Origin: an uncultured virus (IMG/VR IMGVR_UViG_3300044657_000873)
Taxonomy: Duplodnaviria > Heunggongvirae > Uroviricota > Caudoviricetes
Virus record (IMG/VR): IMGVR_UViG_3300044657_000873
Direction: 5' to 3' (one strand)
DNA length: 64,000 nucleotides
Each line of letters opens with the position of its first letter. The stretch's first letter is position 1. Below, piece by piece: positions 29,484 to 39,744 of this stretch. The notes below the pieces were generated by a model that saw nothing but the letters and a program-made list of their open reading frames with translations, ran no database searches and was not told the origin of the DNA. Made by a program: the position numbers and the translations under genes.

Positions 29484-30746
29484 TTATCCTACCCCTACGT
29501 GGATATCTGTTAATATATTCTTCTCTTCACTACCAGTAATAGGCATTGGTCTTCCATTAATGCCCATCCAAGTGTTGTTTTTGTGGATTCCCACATGGTT
29601 TAACACAGTCCATCTTAAATCTATAGGACTGCACTCACCGTTTTCTGGAAATTCGGCGTTTGCACTGGAGGTTCCAATTACACGGCCCAAGTCGTATCCT
29701 CCACCAGCAAACATTAAGGGGACACTACCACTCCAGTGGTCACGCCCTGCGTTACCGTTTATTTTTGGCGTTCTACCAAACTCTGTGGCTACAACCAGAA
29801 GAGTGTTCTCAAATAAACCCCTGACCTCTAACTCGTCCATAAGTAGGCCAACATATCTATCTAGAGTTACCTGTCTAGTATTTAACGAATTTACTATATT
29901 ACTGTGCATATCCCAGCCACCATACTGGATATTTACAAACTTGGCACCGTTCTGTATAGCTCTGACTGCGGCTAAGGCATCCTTGCCCAACTGGTCATCC
30001 TTAAATGTACCGTATTTAGAATCTTCTTCAATTCTAAAAGTTTCAGCCGCTTTGCCGGTTATAGCCGTGAGAGCTTGATTTTGGAACTCTCTCCAGTCTT
30101 CTCCTCGTCCTTTGAAGGGAGAATGTTTCTCTACTAAGTCTAGCAGACCTTTTCTCTCCATGAATTTTTCCTTAGACATCTTTAACTGGAGATCGCCTAC
30201 GCCTTCTCTATTGGCTTCGTAGCCCATATATTTCTGACCAAGAAAAGCTGCTCCATCCCCATCAATTTTGTTCATCTTAATATAGGTGGGTAGACCATGA
30301 GGTTGAGATACTGGCCCGTAATAGCCAGCAATCATAGCTCCGTAACTAGGATAATTCTGAACAGTACTGCCTTGGTTTCTCTCGCCACCAACAACCCAAT
30401 GAGTAGCAGTTTGATGGTTAGAATCTTTATGAGCGAAACTTCTGACAATGTTAATTTTATCAGATCTTTTAGCTACTTCCTTGAAGAGTCCACCTATCTT
30501 TACCGTTGGAATTTTAGTCTCTATATGACCAGTGGCAGACCGTCTTTCTACTGTGGAATTTGGGATGGGATTAAATGTCTCGATGTGAGTCGCTCCTCCA
30601 CCCATCCACAGAAAGATTACGCTTTTGTCGTTTTTAGTAATTTTGGGGGAATATTCATCAGCATAAGAAACAGCGATATTGTCGCTCGCTAGATATGCTC
30701 CACCAAGAAAACTAGTTCCGTAAGTTAAAAAATCTCGCCTTTTCAT
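29484..30746 (-). CDS. Tat-exported DUF1501 family protein
   Basis: MKRRDFL, VIFLWMGGG, GGWDMH, EFGRTPKIN, GRDHW. Confidence 0.9.
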   Translation of the reverse strand: MKRRDFLTYGTSFLGGAYLASDNIAVSYADEYSPKITKNDKSVIFLWMGGGATHIETFNPIPNSTVERRSATGHIETKIPTVKIGGLFKEVAKRSDKINIVRSFAHKDSNHQTATHWVVGGERNQGSTVQNYPSYGAMIAGYYGPVSQPHGLPTYIKMNKIDGDGAAFLGQKYMGYEANREGVGDLQLKMSKEKFMERKGLLDLVEKHSPFKGRGEDWREFQNQALTAITGKAAETFRIEEDSKYGTFKDDQLGKDALAAVRAIQNGAKFVNIQYGGWDMHSNIVNSLNTRQVTLDRYVGLLMDELEVRGLFENTLLVVATEFGRTPKINGNAGRDHWSGSVPLMFAGGGYDLGRVIGTSSANAEFPENGECSPIDLRWTVLNHVGIHKNNTWMGINGRPMPITGSEEKNILTDIHVGVG

Positions 30747-30747
30747 C

Positions 30748-30878
30748 TTATTCGCCTCCCACGACCGTTATGGTCATCATTATGTGATTTTTGTAATTGG
30801 AGACACGTTCAGGCTGCGAACCCGCTACTGCGGCTAGACTCTCAGAGACAGAAATCTTTAAGAATTCTCTCTTTTCAT
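30748..30878 (-). pseudogene. Frameshifted remnant of a Tat-signal gene
   Basis: ATGAAAAGAGAGAATTC; restoring one A gives MKRREFLKIS...LAAVAG. Confidence 0.55.
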
Positions 30879-31918
30879 TATCCGGGTGCCTCGTAGAATC
30901 CAATATTAAAGTCGGGTGCAGTGCGTTTCTTCACCACCTCGTCCATCCCAAGCTGAACTAATTCCTTCTCTATAGTTATACACATATTATCAGTTTCGCC
31001 CTCGAAGTTATTTTTGCAAAAATGACATAAATATTTACATCTAAAGTCAGTTCTGGTTGGATCTAGTACGGATGGATTGGTATTTTGTCTAATTTCTTCT
31101 ACCCGCTTTCTGAGCATTCCTAGAAATCTGTCTTCATCTTCCTTGGTAAAAGAGAAACTATACGGTGTAGGATCTGGTTTCCCCTCAATGTCTTTATAAA
31201 AGAAAATACTCATAATTCTATTGGGAAAATCAGGGAACATCTTGGACATAGCGTAAAAATACAGCAATAACTGTGGGTCATTCATCATTTTTTCGTAGGT
31301 TTTTTCTTCGCCACTAGCCCAGTTCAGACGACGACCGCTTTTCCAGTCAACCACCTCAATTGTATCTTCGTCAAGAAGTGTAACGAGGTCAATTGTGCCC
31401 TTGATAGCTAACTGCCCTTTTTGGGTGTTTCCGCTAGCGTCTACGAAGTCGAACTTTGCCCAATCTTCCTCGATTGGCATGTCGAAGTGCGGTTCTGGAT
31501 AGTAAATATTTCTTTGTCTAGGGTCGAATTGACTATTATTCCAAGTCAAGAACGTATAAACAGTATCAGTAATCTCCTGACGTTCCTTACGGTAGAATTT
31601 GTGGGTAGATGTTTCGCCGTAATCCTTGATGGATCTGGCGATCAATTCGTCTACAAAAGCGTCAGTGTAGAGATCATCCTTGCTAACTCTGACTTTGCCA
31701 CACTTATCATCTTCAATTTCTAGCCATTTTCTACGAGGATTGTCCTGCTGAAACTTTTTAAGTCCAGCGAGAATTTCCATGACCTTGTGGGCCATAGTTC
31801 CCATATCTGCTCGTTTACCGCTAGAACCTCTCCAACCTAGATTATAGGTCAGGAAATACTGCATTTGGCAAAAATCATAATTGTTATATGATGAACTTCT
31901 AACATAGGTTACTAACAT
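30878..31918 (-). CDS. PD-(D/E)XK exonuclease (RecB/Cas4-like)
   Basis: SSY...FCQ, GTMAH, GTIDLV, VDWKSG, QLLLY, CKYLCHFC. Confidence 0.85.
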   Translation of the reverse strand: MLVTYVRSSSYNNYDFCQMQYFLTYNLGWRGSSGKRADMGTMAHKVMEILAGLKKFQQDNPRRKWLEIEDDKCGKVRVSKDDLYTDAFVDELIARSIKDYGETSTHKFYRKERQEITDTVYTFLTWNNSQFDPRQRNIYYPEPHFDMPIEEDWAKFDFVDASGNTQKGQLAIKGTIDLVTLLDEDTIEVVDWKSGRRLNWASGEEKTYEKMMNDPQLLLYFYAMSKMFPDFPNRIMSIFFYKDIEGKPDPTPYSFSFTKEDEDRFLGMLRKRVEEIRQNTNPSVLDPTRTDFRCKYLCHFCKNNFEGETDNMCITIEKELVQLGMDEVVKKRTAPDFNIGFYEAPG

Positions 31919-32723
31919 GTCGCTCCTTTAGGTTACGGTAAAATTCTTTGACCTTCACCATCAGAACGTCGATGCTTTCAATTTTATTGTCAATATAATC
32001 TGTGAAGGGGTAGTCATCCAAAGCCGATTCACTCGAATGGCTATCGTCGTAAACCTCGCGTGTTAGTCGAACAACCTTGCCACCGGCTTGTTCAACAGCT
32101 TTCGCTTCGTTGGGGAAGCGAATATCTGCAATTATTGCTAGTTGTGACCTTTCTTTTTGTATCTTCTCAATGCAAGACTTTACCCATATAGGTTCGTACA
32201 TCTTACGCATAACGTCTGTGCCAAAGAACTGCATAAATTCACGGGCGGTCATTGGGCCGGGGTCATGCACGGTGAGATTAAGTAAGGACTTACGTCTATG
32301 GTTTCCGTTGTACAAATGACCATCCGACTCTAAATGAAAGGCAGCAGACTCAGAAATTACTCCCGGCATGTTTTCCCATAGTAGATGTTCTTGGGTTTGG
32401 TTCTTTTCCGCATCTGTGCCGTACAAGCACCTAAATGGGATATCGAATAACTCCATACAAATAGTTTTTAAATAGTCTGCAAAGCTGTAGAGCTTAACAA
32501 AGGGCCACATATTATTATCTGCCCAAGTTACAAATTCTTCGTCTTTACGCTCTATCCAAAACTCTCCCCATCCAGAACCACCATCGGATGGAATCAATAA
32601 CTGACCATTAGAACCAAGGTTCCAATCTTTGATGAAGCCCTGTTCTTTTAATACAATTCCATGTAGGATGTTTGCAGTAGTATTCTTGCCTGCCTGCTTG
32701 CGTCCTGATATTCCTAAAATCAT
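31899..32723 (-). CDS. Deoxynucleoside monophosphate kinase
   Basis: ISGRKQAGKN, SFAD, REFMQFFGT, DIRFPNE, HSSE. Confidence 0.88.
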   Translation of the reverse strand: MILGISGRKQAGKNTTANILHGIVLKEQGFIKDWNLGSNGQLLIPSDGGSGWGEFWIERKDEEFVTWADNNMWPFVKLYSFADYLKTICMELFDIPFRCLYGTDAEKNQTQEHLLWENMPGVISESAAFHLESDGHLYNGNHRRKSLLNLTVHDPGPMTAREFMQFFGTDVMRKMYEPIWVKSCIEKIQKERSQLAIIADIRFPNEAKAVEQAGGKVVRLTREVYDDSHSSESALDDYPFTDYIDNKIESIDVLMVKVKEFYRNLKERHVSNLC

Positions 32724-33799
32724 TAATAGTACCCCTTTAAATCCTGTAAAATATTCTTATCAACTTGTTCACATGTCATGCTTCCCAAATCTTTTGTGTG
32801 CATCTTGGGAAACACCAACTTAAATAATCTTCCTAGTTCTCGCTTAATTTTAATCTTCGACTCTCGCCCTGCTTGGTCGTTGTCAGTGAGGACAACAAGT
32901 CTGGTCGCACCACTACTAAGCAATAACTTGCGTTGTTGTGATGATACGTCTTTACCAAATAGTCCAACTGCATTTTTGACTCCGCACTCCCATAGTCTCC
33001 AAACATCGCCCTGCCCCTCTACCAGAAAGAGGGTATCGTTTTTCCAATCTCTGGAATTAGAACCTCCCGCAGTGGCGTTGTAGTAGTTGTAGAGGTAATC
33101 TGTTTTTCTGATTCCCTTAGAAAAAATGTATTTGGGTTGTATGAAATCTCGTGTAGATCTCGCGATCCAACCACAGTAGCTTCTGTCAACGCCCCAGATG
33201 GGGATAGTTGCCCTATATCGAAGGATGCCTCTGGTATCACTTGTTGTTTCTCGAACCCCAAAAAATCGCAACGTTTCCGGTTCGTATCCTCTAGCAATGA
33301 AATACGGCGAAGGACACGATTCAGTTTTTGGTCTTGCAACATGCTCAATTTCACATGAGCTTTTTTCTGTTCTTCTATATCCTTTAATTTGACGTATAAG
33401 CTGACTAAAATCAGCATCAGGCTTATCACCATCATTATTACTACTACTGGTTCCATTTTTGGATGCTCCATTTACATCATACAATTTACAAACATACTTG
33501 AGTGCATCAGAGAATGAGTCTGTTTGCAGACAACCTTTGATGAATCCCCAAATATTACAACTATAGTGATCGTGACACCCACGAGTCCAGCAACGCCATA
33601 CCTGCTTATCAAGTGCAATAGACACACCGAATGGGTTGTCGCTGCCCTCATGAATAGGACACTTCATAAAAATGTTTTCTGCGTCCTGAGTGTACTCTAG
33701 ATTAAAACTATCTAACAATTTATAAATATCTTGGAAGACGATCTCTCGCACTTTGTTCAGATCTAGCGTTGTGTTTTGACGTACAGTCTTGCTACACAT
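32723..33799 (-). CDS. dnaG: DNA primase (CHC2-like zinc finger + Toprim)
   Basis: CPIH...WRCWTRGC, VEGQGD, DNDQAG; exact start uncertain. Confidence 0.85.
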   Translation of the reverse strand: MCSKTVRQNTTLDLNKVREIVFQDIYKLLDSFNLEYTQDAENIFMKCPIHEGSDNPFGVSIALDKQVWRCWTRGCHDHYSCNIWGFIKGCLQTDSFSDALKYVCKLYDVNGASKNGTSSSNNDGDKPDADFSQLIRQIKGYRRTEKSSCEIEHVARPKTESCPSPYFIARGYEPETLRFFGVRETTSDTRGILRYRATIPIWGVDRSYCGWIARSTRDFIQPKYIFSKGIRKTDYLYNYYNATAGGSNSRDWKNDTLFLVEGQGDVWRLWECGVKNAVGLFGKDVSSQQRKLLLSSGATRLVVLTDNDQAGRESKIKIKRELGRLFKLVFPKMHTKDLGSMTCEQVDKNILQDLKGYY

Positions 33800-34227
33800 G
33801 TACAGTTACTCCCACAGTATTTACAGTCGCTTCTAGTATTATTATAGTATTCAGGAAGCTCTTTTGAAAGTTCAAAGCCGAAATTTTCTAGGTTTTTACA
33901 CGACATACATCTACCATCTGGTCTAATCCAAGCATAAGAGATCACTTCTTTGCAGTCTCCTAAATGCTTTAATCTTTCTTCTGTTAATCTCTTTCCAATG
34001 CCTTGTCCTCGATAGTCTGGATGCACAACAATGCATCGGAGTATACAGTCTCCAACCGCTGCCCATCCCACTACTTTCTCACCATCAAGTGCTATCCATG
34101 CACATTTAATTTCTACTAGATGGTTCTTAAAGTACCCAGCGGCAAACGCTTCATCTACAAGTTCAATTGCGTCGTCCATTTGTTTGTGACCAAACAGTGG
34201 ACTGGGTATCGCTGCGTATGTAATCAT
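33763..34227 (-). CDS. GNAT acetyltransferase
   Basis: VHPDYRGQGIG; terminal CKYCGSNCTC. Confidence 0.85.
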   Translation of the reverse strand: MITYAAIPSPLFGHKQMDDAIELVDEAFAAGYFKNHLVEIKCAWIALDGEKVVGWAAVGDCILRCIVVHPDYRGQGIGKRLTEERLKHLGDCKEVISYAWIRPDGRCMSCKNLENFGFELSKELPEYYNNTRSDCKYCGSNCTCVARLYVKTQR

Positions 34228-34329
34228 TAGACACTTTGATCGTTATAATATTTGTAGTAATCTCGATCTTTGTGGTACGAGTAATACATCATCAAAGTCT
34301 AGTTTCGGTTCTGGATCAATTTTCAACAT
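34227..34329 (-). pseudogene. GMP reductase/IMPDH-family remnant
   Basis: MLKIDPEPKLDFDDVLLVPQRSR matches the GuaC/GuaB N-terminus; stops after 28 aa. Confidence 0.7.
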
Positions 34330-34745
34330 CGAACACTTTGCCTAGAACTGAATAATGGTTTTGTCCGGTTATAGTCATCTTCTAATCTGACAATATCTTG
34401 CTCAGAACACTTACCAAATTGCAACTCTGCGATCACGCACTTTTCCGTTGTGTCGTTAATAAGTCTATGAACATCTCCCTGTTGTATAAATATCCAATTT
34501 GAGTCCAACGTCTCTCCCCTTCCAAGTCTGCGAACGTTTTCATTTATTTCACAAAGACACTCGCCCTCCATAACAACCCAGATCTCGGCACGTTCTTCAT
34601 GGGTCTGTAGAGATAGTCTTTGCTTCGGACTTACTTCAATTGTTTTAAATACTACATTGTCAGCCCTAAAGTAATCTGTATAGGAACCCCAAGGTTTATT
34701 CGTCACACAACATTGTGCTGGTGGTTTACATTCCGGCATCATCAT
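34323..34745 (-). CDS. Mannose-6-phosphate isomerase type II cupin
   Basis: KPWGSY, RLSLQTH, HRLIN, ELQFG, EQDIVRLEDDY. Confidence 0.88.
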   Translation of the reverse strand: MMMPECKPPAQCCVTNKPWGSYTDYFRADNVVFKTIEVSPKQRLSLQTHEERAEIWVVMEGECLCEINENVRRLGRGETLDSNWIFIQQGDVHRLINDTTEKCVIAELQFGKCSEQDIVRLEDDYNRTKPLFSSRQSVRC

Positions 34746-36180
34746 CTCCCTCTATACAGAATGGTATATCAGAACCTTCGATCACATCACCATCGGGTGA
34801 GGATCTTATTTCATCTCTAGTTCGCAACTCGGTCAACTGTGCATGTTCGCCAACCATATTCATATTAATATAATTACCGTCAAGTAATCCAGCACCGTGA
34901 CGAGCTTTTAAAGTGACAATCTTTCGATTACCACCGTTTGGACCGCCCTCTGCCAGTTCCTCTGCGGACTTTAATTTAAATATAGAGAAAGACGTACACA
35001 ACCAAATGATGCGGTCAGAACCGCTAACAGCATCCGTAGATTCCTTTGTGATACCATCACGGTTCAACTGAACAAATGATAGACATGGGAAGTCATACTT
35101 AACTGTTAGGTTATGTAATTCTGTGATTTGGAAACCAAGAGCCTGATACTCTTGGATATTGTTACTGATGCCGGATGACGACATGAGCTTGAGATAATCG
35201 TACACAACAAGGCAGTCGTTGGTTGTGCCATTTTCGTCCTGACCCACTTCACGAAGAATCCATCGCTTGATGATATTCATAATGGTTTCAAAGGGGGCAC
35301 CAGCTACACTAACATAGGTGTAGGGGATATCTCTAATTTCTTCTGCCGCATTTTTAACGGCAATAGCTTTCTCGTCATCTTCTGAGAACTTGCCGGTTGT
35401 AATATCCTGAATAGGAACACCACTGATATTAGCAAGGATTCTGTTGAGGTGGTCCTCTTTGCTCATCTCAGTATCGAGCATAAGTACGGGAATTCCATTC
35501 CTAGCATTATGCAGAGCAACATTATCTGCAAACACAGACTTACCTACTCCGGGCCTTGCGGATACGAGATCCACACACTTGCGACGTAAGCCACCACCAA
35601 TGACGGAATCAAATCTGGGAAATCCACTAGTCAGTCCTATTTGGTCACATTTGTTTTCGATTAGAAATTCGATGTATTCGTCAAGATTATCGCCAAGCAT
35701 CTCTGGGTTTTGGCCTGACTCATCGTCACGCAAGAAATCCATAAGTGGTGTTTCTACGAGATTGATAATATCATCAATGCTCTCATCGCCAACAATGGAG
35801 TCAATATCTTTATCTATCTTTTTAGCGATACGTTTTGCGTTGCGTGCAAACTCAAACTTTTTAACCTGTGCAGCAAAATGCAGGGTATTACCCCTTTTAA
35901 CAGGATAGTCCATAAGGTCACGAATGTAGTCTAACTCATGTTCAGTCTTGACTACTTCTGTGAGGTTAAGTTGTTCAGCAGCAGAAAGAATTGCTGGAAT
36001 GTCAGCTACAGCATCATTCTCCAACACCTTTTCGATACACTTGTAAATGACTTGATTGTTACGGTTAGCGAAGCTGTTATGCGTAAGAAAGTCACTGATT
36101 TCAACATAAGATTCAAGCCCGTATGCAAAGAGTCCAGCTAGAACTGCTCTCTCTGCACCGGTATCAGCAAGCTGATCCAT
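34726..36180 (-). CDS. dnaB: Replicative DNA helicase
   Basis: AERAVL, ARPGVGKS, DTEM, YDYL, QLNR, KARHG. Confidence 0.93.
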   Translation of the reverse strand: MDQLADTGAERAVLAGLFAYGLESYVEISDFLTHNSFANRNNQVIYKCIEKVLENDAVADIPAILSAAEQLNLTEVVKTEHELDYIRDLMDYPVKRGNTLHFAAQVKKFEFARNAKRIAKKIDKDIDSIVGDESIDDIINLVETPLMDFLRDDESGQNPEMLGDNLDEYIEFLIENKCDQIGLTSGFPRFDSVIGGGLRRKCVDLVSARPGVGKSVFADNVALHNARNGIPVLMLDTEMSKEDHLNRILANISGVPIQDITTGKFSEDDEKAIAVKNAAEEIRDIPYTYVSVAGAPFETIMNIIKRWILREVGQDENGTTNDCLVVYDYLKLMSSSGISNNIQEYQALGFQITELHNLTVKYDFPCLSFVQLNRDGITKESTDAVSGSDRIIWLCTSFSIFKLKSAEELAEGGPNGGNRKIVTLKARHGAGLLDGNYINMNMVGEHAQLTELRTRDEIRSSPDGDVIEGSDIPFCIEGDDDAGM

Positions 36181-36181
36181 T

Positions 36182-36601
36182 TTACCTCCCTACGCATTGG
36201 TTACATCTAATGTTTTCGCCGTATACGTAGGCGGGATTTACAGTAAAACTACGACCACAAACGTGGCACTCAATAGTCTTCTTTCTTGCTTGTCTGCGGT
36301 CTCGTGCTGCTTTACCCATACTCTCAAATTTAGCGGGGTCAAAGTTTGGATCACGATCCTCGCCTTTATCTACCCACTGATTTCTTCTAGCTGTCACCGG
36401 AGTTTTCCTTTTATCTAATTTATCGTTCTGAACTACTCTAAAGTCCTTTGTCACATTTGGCTGAGGTTTTGAGGAAACCGTTTCCTCTTTTAATACTGGA
36501 GCTTCTCCATTTTGATTTGACTTTAACAAGTCTTGCACAAGCTGAGCCTTTTGCTCATCTGTCAATGATTCTAACAATGTTTTTACAATGTCGTCACTCA
36601 T
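36182..36601 (-). CDS. Hypothetical protein with C-terminal zinc finger
   Basis: CHVC...CNQC. Confidence 0.55.
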   Translation of the reverse strand: MSDDIVKTLLESLTDEQKAQLVQDLLKSNQNGEAPVLKEETVSSKPQPNVTKDFRVVQNDKLDKRKTPVTARRNQWVDKGEDRDPNFDPAKFESMGKAARDRRQARKKTIECHVCGRSFTVNPAYVYGENIRCNQCVGR

Positions 36602-37059
36602 CTTCTTTTCCCTTTTTCAATTAAGATATCAGCCTTGCGGCGAACGTTGTATTCTCTACTTTTTAAAAGTTCTAGTCGGCTTTGTGCTGTCAGCAACCAC
36701 TCGTTAATGCTTCTTGCTATGTCGTTTTCTCTTTTGATGAGATCAACTTTAGTTTCATATTTCATAAACTGTACTTCGATTTGTGTCACCTCACTAGCTA
36801 TAATGCTACCAAGATTTTCTCTACACCATCCAACAACATTCTCACACTTTGATCGACACCAAGCTATATGGTCTGCATATTGGTATAACTGATAAGCGTG
36901 GTTGAAGCAGTCGTCCTGAGTCAACTTTTCCATCTTCTCTACTGTTAGAGTTTCTGCAACAGCAAACTCTGGATTAAACTTGGTTGGAGAAATATTCTCC
37001 GCCGTAACGTACCTTTCAATACCTTCAACAAATACTTTTAATCTATCTGCTGCGTTCAA
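36598..37059 (-). CDS. Helical protein, possible UvsY-like recombination mediator
   Basis: All-helical, ~150 aa, between the recombinase and helicase genes. Confidence 0.35.
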   Translation of the reverse strand: MNAADRLKVFVEGIERYVTAENISPTKFNPEFAVAETLTVEKMEKLTQDDCFNHAYQLYQYADHIAWCRSKCENVVGWCRENLGSIIASEVTQIEVQFMKYETKVDLIKRENDIARSINEWLLTAQSRLELLKSREYNVRRKADILIEKGKRR

Positions 37060-37456
37060 TTTTCTCCCTCCAGTATTCTAGACCTTCGTCCCAACGTAGC
37101 TCTATAATTGTGATTTCGTTAATTCTGCACCACTCTTTCTTATCCAAGTCTCGCTTCTTTGCTTGTGCAAACCCGATCTTAGATTTATGAAAGTACGGCA
37201 CATATTTAAAGTGCTGTTCGCCATGCACTTCAATACCTATTGCACACGATGGAATCAAAAAGTCAAGGGCTAGTTTGGATTTTTTTATAGAAGAACCGGG
37301 AAGCGTAACTTCTTCAAGTACCTGATAGGGATGAAATAGCTCGACTATAAGTTTCCTAGCTTGTAAGTGATAGAAGCTACGCTTACTTCGATTGTTAATC
37401 AAATATTTCTTGGTGTCGAGATTATACTCTCTACCATTTAAGCCTGTGACTTTCAC
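37043..37456 (-). CDS. PD-(D/E)XK/Vsr-like endonuclease
   Basis: LDFLIP...IEVHGEQH...RDLDKKEWC; GTG start after GGAG. Confidence 0.7.
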   Translation of the reverse strand: MKVTGLNGREYNLDTKKYLINNRSKRSFYHLQARKLIVELFHPYQVLEEVTLPGSSIKKSKLALDFLIPSCAIGIEVHGEQHFKYVPYFHKSKIGFAQAKKRDLDKKEWCRINEITIIELRWDEGLEYWREKIERSR

Positions 37457-37486
37457 TAAAATCTCCAAAAGGAAATCTCACCGCGA

Positions 37487-38596
37487 TCAGAATAATTCTC
37501 TAACTTCTTCAATTACAATATCTCTGAGTTCTTCGTTTTCATTTAAGAAGTTTACCAGTTTCTCCATACCCTGAAACTTAAACGCCTTGACTACAGCTTC
37601 TTCATTTGATGGATCAACTTCGTTGCTTGAAAGGTATTGGTGTACGATGGGGTGTGTAGCCTTATCGACTAAACAAGAAATTGTATACCAAGCACCTTTT
37701 GCTTGAATCAGTGCGAAGTCTGTAGCAATAGTTGCAATCTCTTGCGACTCATCAATACCGATGCCGTAACGAATCCAGCTTGCTGCCGTACTCATGGGCG
37801 TGCCACCAGCGGCAGAAGTTTTGATTATCCAGTTAGCAACTTGACCAACGTGATTTCCTGACTCTTTGGGTACTTCCCATTTGCCACGGTGCGTGATGAC
37901 CATGTTAGTTCCAGCTTGGAACTGTATCATGTTACCGCAGTCTGCCATCTTATTAGGTGAAAATCGTGAACCACCAGTGTTGGCGATATTGTGAGTAATG
38001 AACACGGCAATAGTTTTCATGCGTGATACGTCGCCGCTGATACGCTTGAAAAACATAGACAACAAGCGTGGTAGAGCATTACGAACACCTGTACGGATCT
38101 CTCCATCAATCTCGTCTTGCGGAACCATGTTAGATGTAGAATCACAGATCAAGAAAAGGTTCTCTTCTTCTTTAATCAGTCGCTCCATAATATTAAGATA
38201 TGTCTCAGCAGATACGACAGGTGTATCGTCTGTAGCTTGGACGATTTGAATAGCATCAATATCTAAACCTTTGACGCCACGAAAGTTTTGTTTGGTCAGA
38301 CGACCTTCGGTATTTAGGTAGTATACTTTCTTACCTTTAGCTTGTGCCTTGGCAGCAGCATACAGAGCGGTCGTTGTCTTTCCAGTCTTTGGGTCGCCAG
38401 TCATTACAACAACCTGACCCTCACGCAACCCACCACCGAGTGCCATATCAAGTACTGGGCTAAGACTGATGGTATCATACGTCTCCAGAGACTCTAACAC
38501 CTTGGTGCCAGACTGAATAACATTACCATACTTCTTACATAATGTTGCGACAGTAGGATCGTCGTACTCAATAGGTTTACTCTTTTTCTTAGCCAT
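37487..38596 (-). CDS. recA: RecA/UvsX-like recombinase
   Basis: LDMALGGGL, GDPKTGKTT, TEG, DS, GAWY, FQG. Confidence 0.85.
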   Translation of the reverse strand: MAKKKSKPIEYDDPTVATLCKKYGNVIQSGTKVLESLETYDTISLSPVLDMALGGGLREGQVVVMTGDPKTGKTTTALYAAAKAQAKGKKVYYLNTEGRLTKQNFRGVKGLDIDAIQIVQATDDTPVVSAETYLNIMERLIKEEENLFLICDSTSNMVPQDEIDGEIRTGVRNALPRLLSMFFKRISGDVSRMKTIAVFITHNIANTGGSRFSPNKMADCGNMIQFQAGTNMVITHRGKWEVPKESGNHVGQVANWIIKTSAAGGTPMSTAASWIRYGIGIDESQEIATIATDFALIQAKGAWYTISCLVDKATHPIVHQYLSSNEVDPSNEEAVVKAFKFQGMEKLVNFLNENEELRDIVIEEVRELF

Positions 38597-39032
38597 TCTC
38601 TAATTTCCTAAGTTTATTTAAAAGGTTCTTCCCGCCATAACTCTTTTTCCTAGTCTTGGCGTCTTTCTTAACTTCAATTTCTTGCTTCGGTTTTGACTTC
38701 TGATCTTCAATCTGTAGCTCATACTTCTTAATAATTGCAATTGCTTTCGGATGGTTTAGTGAAAAGATACCTTTGAACTCTGGTGATTCAATTACTTTGA
38801 CAAGTGCTTCTTCACTGTAGTCCTTTAGTATGCTATTGGCCTTAAAAAGCTGTTTCTTGTAAGTCCAGTCCCAAGGTTTTTTGTTCCAGAATTTGTAGGG
38901 TAAAGACCCCTCATTCTTGTTTTCTGCATTACGTTGACACATAATTGCAGCAACATATTGGGCACAAGTGCAATAGTCTCCTGTTGTTAAGTGTTTGTAT
39001 TTACTCTTTTCGCTTCTTTTTCTTTTGTTCAT
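38589..39032 (-). CDS. Hypothetical protein
   Basis: 147 aa basic ORF, coupled. Confidence 0.55.
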   Translation of the reverse strand: MNKRKRSEKSKYKHLTTGDYCTCAQYVAAIMCQRNAENKNEGSLPYKFWNKKPWDWTYKKQLFKANSILKDYSEEALVKVIESPEFKGIFSLNHPKAIAIIKKYELQIEDQKSKPKQEIEVKKDAKTRKKSYGGKNLLNKLRKLENG

Positions 39033-39435
39033 TGTAGATTATAGCCTCGCTAAAACATTCAGACAAATCATCGTCGTACTGCTTGTCTAAAATTAATTCT
39101 GGAGTCAACCACATTTGCTTGTGAACCACTCCATCGTTTAATGTTCCCACGGTGAAGTAATTTTTTGTCGGTTGACCTATAGCACCGAGAGCGGACCTCA
39201 CTAAATATAGTGCTTTACACTCTCCTATATCTATTATACATTTGTTAGACCGAAATTGCAAGTGCAAATCCTGAATAAACACAGAATTTTTCTCACAATA
39301 ATCTTTTACTTCGTACCATATATCATAATCGGAAAAGAACCAATGATTTTTATCGGTCGTCATAACCTTTACGAAGACTTTGCTTATATTTTTTCTGTCT
39401 GACGAATAAAATTCGCCCCACTTTTTATCATCCAT
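39001..39435 (-). CDS. Hypothetical protein
   Basis: 144 aa, coupled. Confidence 0.55.
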   Translation of the reverse strand: MDDKKWGEFYSSDRKNISKVFVKVMTTDKNHWFFSDYDIWYEVKDYCEKNSVFIQDLHLQFRSNKCIIDIGECKALYLVRSALGAIGQPTKNYFTVGTLNDGVVHKQMWLTPELILDKQYDDDLSECFSEAIIYNEQKKKKRKE

Positions 39436-39438
39436 TTG

Positions 39439-39744
39439 TCACCTAGTATTCGTGGTACACTTGGAGCTTCTTATCGTTCCATTATTTGTAAACTTAGAAC
39501 GTTTTTCATCTGACAATTCTGCTGCATTTTGAGTCATAACCGTAGACCCTTTTCCATTTCTGGCAAACTGCTGTAGCAGCAAGGTTTCTGCCTTTTGCTT
39601 GTCATCAACTGGAATGGTCTTAATGTATTTCTCAATGCTAGACTTAGCTCTATCTAAATCTTTGCACAAATCTTCCATCGGTTTTTCCAGATGGCCTTCA
39701 ATGTAAAACTTCTCTGCCTTGCTGAGCGGTCCCTTTTTAGTCAT
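39439..39744 (-). CDS. Putative HTH DNA-binding protein
   Basis: LSKAEKFYI...MEDLCKDLDRAKSSIEKY. Confidence 0.5.
   Translation of the reverse strand: MTKKGPLSKAEKFYIEGHLEKPMEDLCKDLDRAKSSIEKYIKTIPVDDKQKAETLLLQQFARNGKGSTVMTQNAAELSDEKRSKFTNNGTIRSSKCTTNTR

Noticed and set aside
30760..30860. Riboswitch upstream of DUF1501
   Set aside because: Only short stems; better explained as a Tat-gene remnant
30878..31918. Cas4 of a CRISPR system
   Set aside because: Stand-alone nuclease among replication genes; no array or cas1
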